32,000 nucleotides of DNA, taken from assembly GCF_001457595.1 (NCBI RefSeq), contig NZ_LN831039.1:3570001-3602000 (forward strand). The letters are read 5' to 3'. Below are positions 29,325-32,000 of this stretch, one piece after another. The DNA is from Mycolicibacterium smegmatis. Its GTDB lineage: Bacteria > Actinomycetota > Actinomycetes > Mycobacteriales > Mycobacteriaceae. The notes beneath the pieces are model-generated. The model was given only the letters and a program-made list of their open reading frames with translations, had not been told where the DNA came from and did no database searches. The position numbers were made by a program, and so were the translations under genes. How positions within the stretch are numbered: the stretch's first letter is position 1; every line of letters begins with the position of its first letter.

Positions 29325-29908
29325 CCGGCAACGAACAGGTTCCGCAGATCGTCGAGCACCTCGCGCATCACCATCCGTAGGTCGGTCTCGTGTTCGACCT
29401 CGACCCACCTTGCGAAGGCCACCTTGAACACCGCGATACCGGCCTCGCCGGCCACCTCCGCGGTCGCTCGCGGAATGCCGCGATCACGTAGGGCCTCCGC
29501 GATCGCGGCAGCCAGCGTCGCCAGCTTGATCAGTTCCCGTTCCTGCAGTGCGGTGTTCGCATTCACCACGGCCTGACGTCGACGCGCGTCGGCATGCCTG
29601 CCTGCGAACATCTCCCCCACGGTGTCGAGTCCGGCCGCGACGGCGTCGAGCGCGGCAACTGCCGGACCGGAAGCCCAGGGGGCCCCGACTGCTGTGGCGA
29701 CCGCGCCGACGAACAGTTCCTGCAGCACGTGTTCGCCGCCGAACAGCACCTCGCGCTTGTCCGCGTAATGCCGGAAGAAGGTGCGCTCGGTGAGACCGGC
29801 GCGTTCGGCGATCTCGGCGACCGTTGTGAGTTCGAACCCGCGCTCGGCGTACAGCTCGAGGGCGGCACGTTCCAGGCGGCCGCGCGCATCGGGCTCCCAA
29901 CGACTCAT
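29321..29908 (-). CDS. TetR/AcrR-family transcriptional regulator
   Basis: LERAALELYAERGFELTTVAEIAERAGLTERTFFRHYADKREVLFGG HTH. Confidence 0.94.
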   Translation of the reverse strand: MSRWEPDARGRLERAALELYAERGFELTTVAEIAERAGLTERTFFRHYADKREVLFGGEHVLQELFVGAVATAVGAPWASGPAVAALDAVAAGLDTVGEMFAGRHADARRRQAVVNANTALQERELIKLATLAAAIAEALRDRGIPRATAEVAGEAGIAVFKVAFARWVEVEHETDLRMVMREVLDDLRNLFVAG

Positions 29909-29926
29909 GTGCCGATCGTAGGGGAA

Positions 29927-29972
29927 TGACAGTCACTGACATGGAGTTGCATACTGATGTCAGTGACTGACA
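29927..29972. promoter_or_regulatory. Paired operator-like sites between TetR and divergent epimerase
   Basis: TGACAGTCACTGACA (29927-29941) and TGTCAGTGACTGACA (29958-29972); each a 15-bp odd-centre palindrome (second perfect, first one mismatch), centres 31 bp apart; together a 16-bp-arm inverted repeat with one mismatch. Confidence 0.88.
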
Positions 29973-30009
29973 CCGACCGGGTGCAGTCCACGCCATCAGG
30001 AGGTTCACC

Positions 30010-30921
30010 ATGCGCGTTTTTGTCACCGGAGCTTCCGGCTTCATCGGCTCCGCGGTAGCCGACGAGCTCATCGCTGCAGGTCACACCGTCATCGGGCTGG
30101 CTCGATCCGATGCGTCGGCCGAGGCGCTGACACGGGCGGGTCACGAGGTCCACCGCGGAGACCTCACCGATCTGGACAGTCTTCGCGCAGGCGCCGCATC
30201 CGCCGACGGGGTCATCCACCTCGCATTCGTGCACGATTTCGAGAACTTCGCCGGGGCTGTCCAGACCGACAGTGCCGCGATCGAGGCGCTCGGGGAGACA
30301 CTGGCCGGGTCCGACCGTCCGCTTGTCGTCGCCGCGGGCGTCGCCGGCCTTCCGCGCGGCACCACCGAAGATGACGCGATTCCCGCCGGGTTCCCACGCC
30401 TGTCGGAAACCACAGCGCTGAACCAGGTTTCGAAAGGCGTACGGGCCTCGGTGGTGCGCCTGCCACCGTCGGTGCACGGTCGTGGCGACTACGGATTCGT
30501 GCCCAGGCTGATCTCGATCGCCCGCGAACGAGGTGTGTCGGGCTATCCGGGTGACGGGTCCAACGCGTGGTCGGCCGTGCACCGTGTCGATGCGGCACGC
30601 GTGTTCCGGCTCGCGCTCGAAGATGCACCGGCAGGCTCGCGGTGGCACGCGGTGGCCGACGAGGGCATCGCAGTTCGGGAAATTGCCGAGACCATCGGTC
30701 GCGGTCTCGGCCTGCCGGCGGTGTCGGTACCTCCCGACCAGGCGACGGCGCATTTCGGCTGGCTGGGTGGATTCTTCGCCGTCGATGCCAACCTGGGAAG
30801 CGCGCTGACCAGGCAACGGTTGGGGTGGGAACCCACCGGTCCGGGTCTGCTGGCCGATCTCGACGCGGGGCACTATTTCGAGTCCGCCGCCGGCCAGGGT
30901 CTCGAGACGGTCACGGGCTGA
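30010..30921 (+). CDS. NAD-dependent epimerase/dehydratase (extended/atypical SDR)
   Basis: MRVFVTGASGFIGSAVADELIAAGHTVIGLARSD; DGVIHLAFVHDF; RLPPSVHGRGDYGFVPRLI. Confidence 0.94.
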   Translation: MRVFVTGASGFIGSAVADELIAAGHTVIGLARSDASAEALTRAGHEVHRGDLTDLDSLRAGAASADGVIHLAFVHDFENFAGAVQTDSAAIEALGETLAGSDRPLVVAAGVAGLPRGTTEDDAIPAGFPRLSETTALNQVSKGVRASVVRLPPSVHGRGDYGFVPRLISIARERGVSGYPGDGSNAWSAVHRVDAARVFRLALEDAPAGSRWHAVADEGIAVREIAETIGRGLGLPAVSVPPDQATAHFGWLGGFFAVDANLGSALTRQRLGWEPTGPGLLADLDAGHYFESAAGQGLETVTG

Positions 30922-31003
30922 CGGTCAATCGCTGCGCGGCCGGTCGATTCGAGGTTCACTGGAAGCCTCATCCGGCACACGCACGTGGGAAGGAGCAACC
31001 GTC

Positions 31004-32000
31004 ATGGTCGCCGAACCCAACCCTGTTCCCCCTGCGGCGACCCCCAGATCTGCTCCCCGCCACATCCGCCTGACGTCGCATCACGGCGCCGAGGGCGCGC
31101 TCGCCATCCGGTGGGGCGCGCCCACGGCCGCCGAACGCGGACCGTTGATCGGCACCACGACCACGCGCGCGCACCGCAACGTGATCGGTACCCACAGCGG
31201 TTCCTACAGCGTGTACCGCGCCCTGGCCGTCGCTTCCGGGGCGTTGTCACCAGAGCACCGGGCCGATCTGACCAACACCGCACCGACCGATGTCATCGGC
31301 CCGTATGCGCAATGGAGCGATCCGAGCGCGATCGTGAGTCTGGACCCGTGGGGCGCGATGGTGGCCGAGGCGTTCACCACCGAACTCGCGGCCGGTTTCG
31401 ACATCAGGCCCACCATCGCGATCACCAAGGCCCATGTGATCCTGCCCGAGATCGCCGATGCCATCGCCAAGGGCCGACTGCAGCCAGACGGACGGATTCT
31501 CCTTCCTAACGGCGCGGCGCTGGTGACCAAGGCCGCGATCGAGCCGGTGTGGTACCTGCCCGGGGTCGCGGCGCGATTCGGTTGCAGCGAGACCACTTTG
31601 CGTCGCGTGCTGTTCGAGGAGACCGGCGGCATGTACCCGGAGTTGGTCACCCGCAGCGATCTGGAGGTGTTCCTCCCGCCGATCGGCGGTCAGACGCTCT
31701 ACATCTTCGGCAACGCCCGCGACCTGGCCGATTCGTCGGTGGAACTGACCGCGCGGGTGCACGACGAGTGCAACGGTTCCGATGTCTTCGGCTCCGACAT
31801 CTGTACGTGCAGGCCCTATCTGACGCATGCGATCGAGGAGTGCATCCGGGGTGCGCAGCGCGGCGGGGTCGGTCTGGTGGCCTACTCCCGCAAGGAGGGC
31901 CGCGCACTCGGCGAGGTGACCAAGTTCCTCGTCTACAACGCACGCAAGCGGCAGGCCGGCGGCGACACCGCCGATCAGTATTTCGCCCGCACCGAGTGCG
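31004..32000 (+). CDS. GTP cyclohydrolase II-like protein, URC1-type uracil catabolism family; 3' end beyond window, absent from ORF track
   Basis: GGAAGGAG RBS then ATG; RNVIGTHSGSYSVYRALAVASGAL; PEIADAIAKGRL; VWYLPGVAARFGCSETTLRRVLFEETGGMYPELVTRSDLEVFLPPIGG; zinc ligands HDECNGSDVFGSDICTC; frame open to window end. Confidence 0.85.
   Translation, partial: MVAEPNPVPPAATPRSAPRHIRLTSHHGAEGALAIRWGAPTAAERGPLIGTTTTRAHRNVIGTHSGSYSVYRALAVASGALSPEHRADLTNTAPTDVIGPYAQWSDPSAIVSLDPWGAMVAEAFTTELAAGFDIRPTIAITKAHVILPEIADAIAKGRLQPDGRILLPNGAALVTKAAIEPVWYLPGVAARFGCSETTLRRVLFEETGGMYPELVTRSDLEVFLPPIGGQTLYIFGNARDLADSSVELTARVHDECNGSDVFGSDICTCRPYLTHAIEECIRGAQRGGVGLVAYSRKEGRALGEVTKFLVYNARKRQAGGDTADQYFARTEC

Overview
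High-GC actinobacterial chromosomal segment. Protein content and gene style look like a rapid-growing mycobacterium (Mycolicibacterium-type); that placement is inference. The window is densely coded and mostly ordinary. Contents in order: C-terminal fragment of a zeta-toxin/AAA-family protein; LysM x3-esterase fusion; tiny membrane protein missed by the ORF track; sdaA; secreted proline-rich protein; solute-binding lipoprotein; 52-aa acidic protein; divergent GMC oxidoreductase / LLM oxidoreductase; convergent NarL-type regulator and GAF histidine kinase; RibD/DHFR-like reductase; haloacid dehalogenase; divergent SDR / TetR; small secreted protein; S4-domain protein; small hydroxylaminobenzene-mutase-like membrane protein; type II NADH dehydrogenase-like flavoprotein; thioesterase; ThrE-like exporter; Fur-family regulator + katG; nitroreductase; secreted PHB-depolymerase-like esterase; zinc alcohol dehydrogenase; FadD32-like fatty-acyl-AMP ligase; acyl-CoA synthetase; NYN-domain protein translationally coupled to a TetR; NAD-dependent epimerase; and an unterminated GTP-cyclohydrolase-II-like (URC1-type) gene running off the right edge and absent from the supplied ORF track. 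I saw no CRISPR array, transposase, phage module, rRNA or tRNA. The most interesting non-coding signals are four strong palindromic operator-like elements (7084-7105, 10690-10718, 13101-13139, 29927-29972). Two of these have no adjacent DNA-binding regulator to explain them. I did not find convincing evidence for a wholly new biological system.
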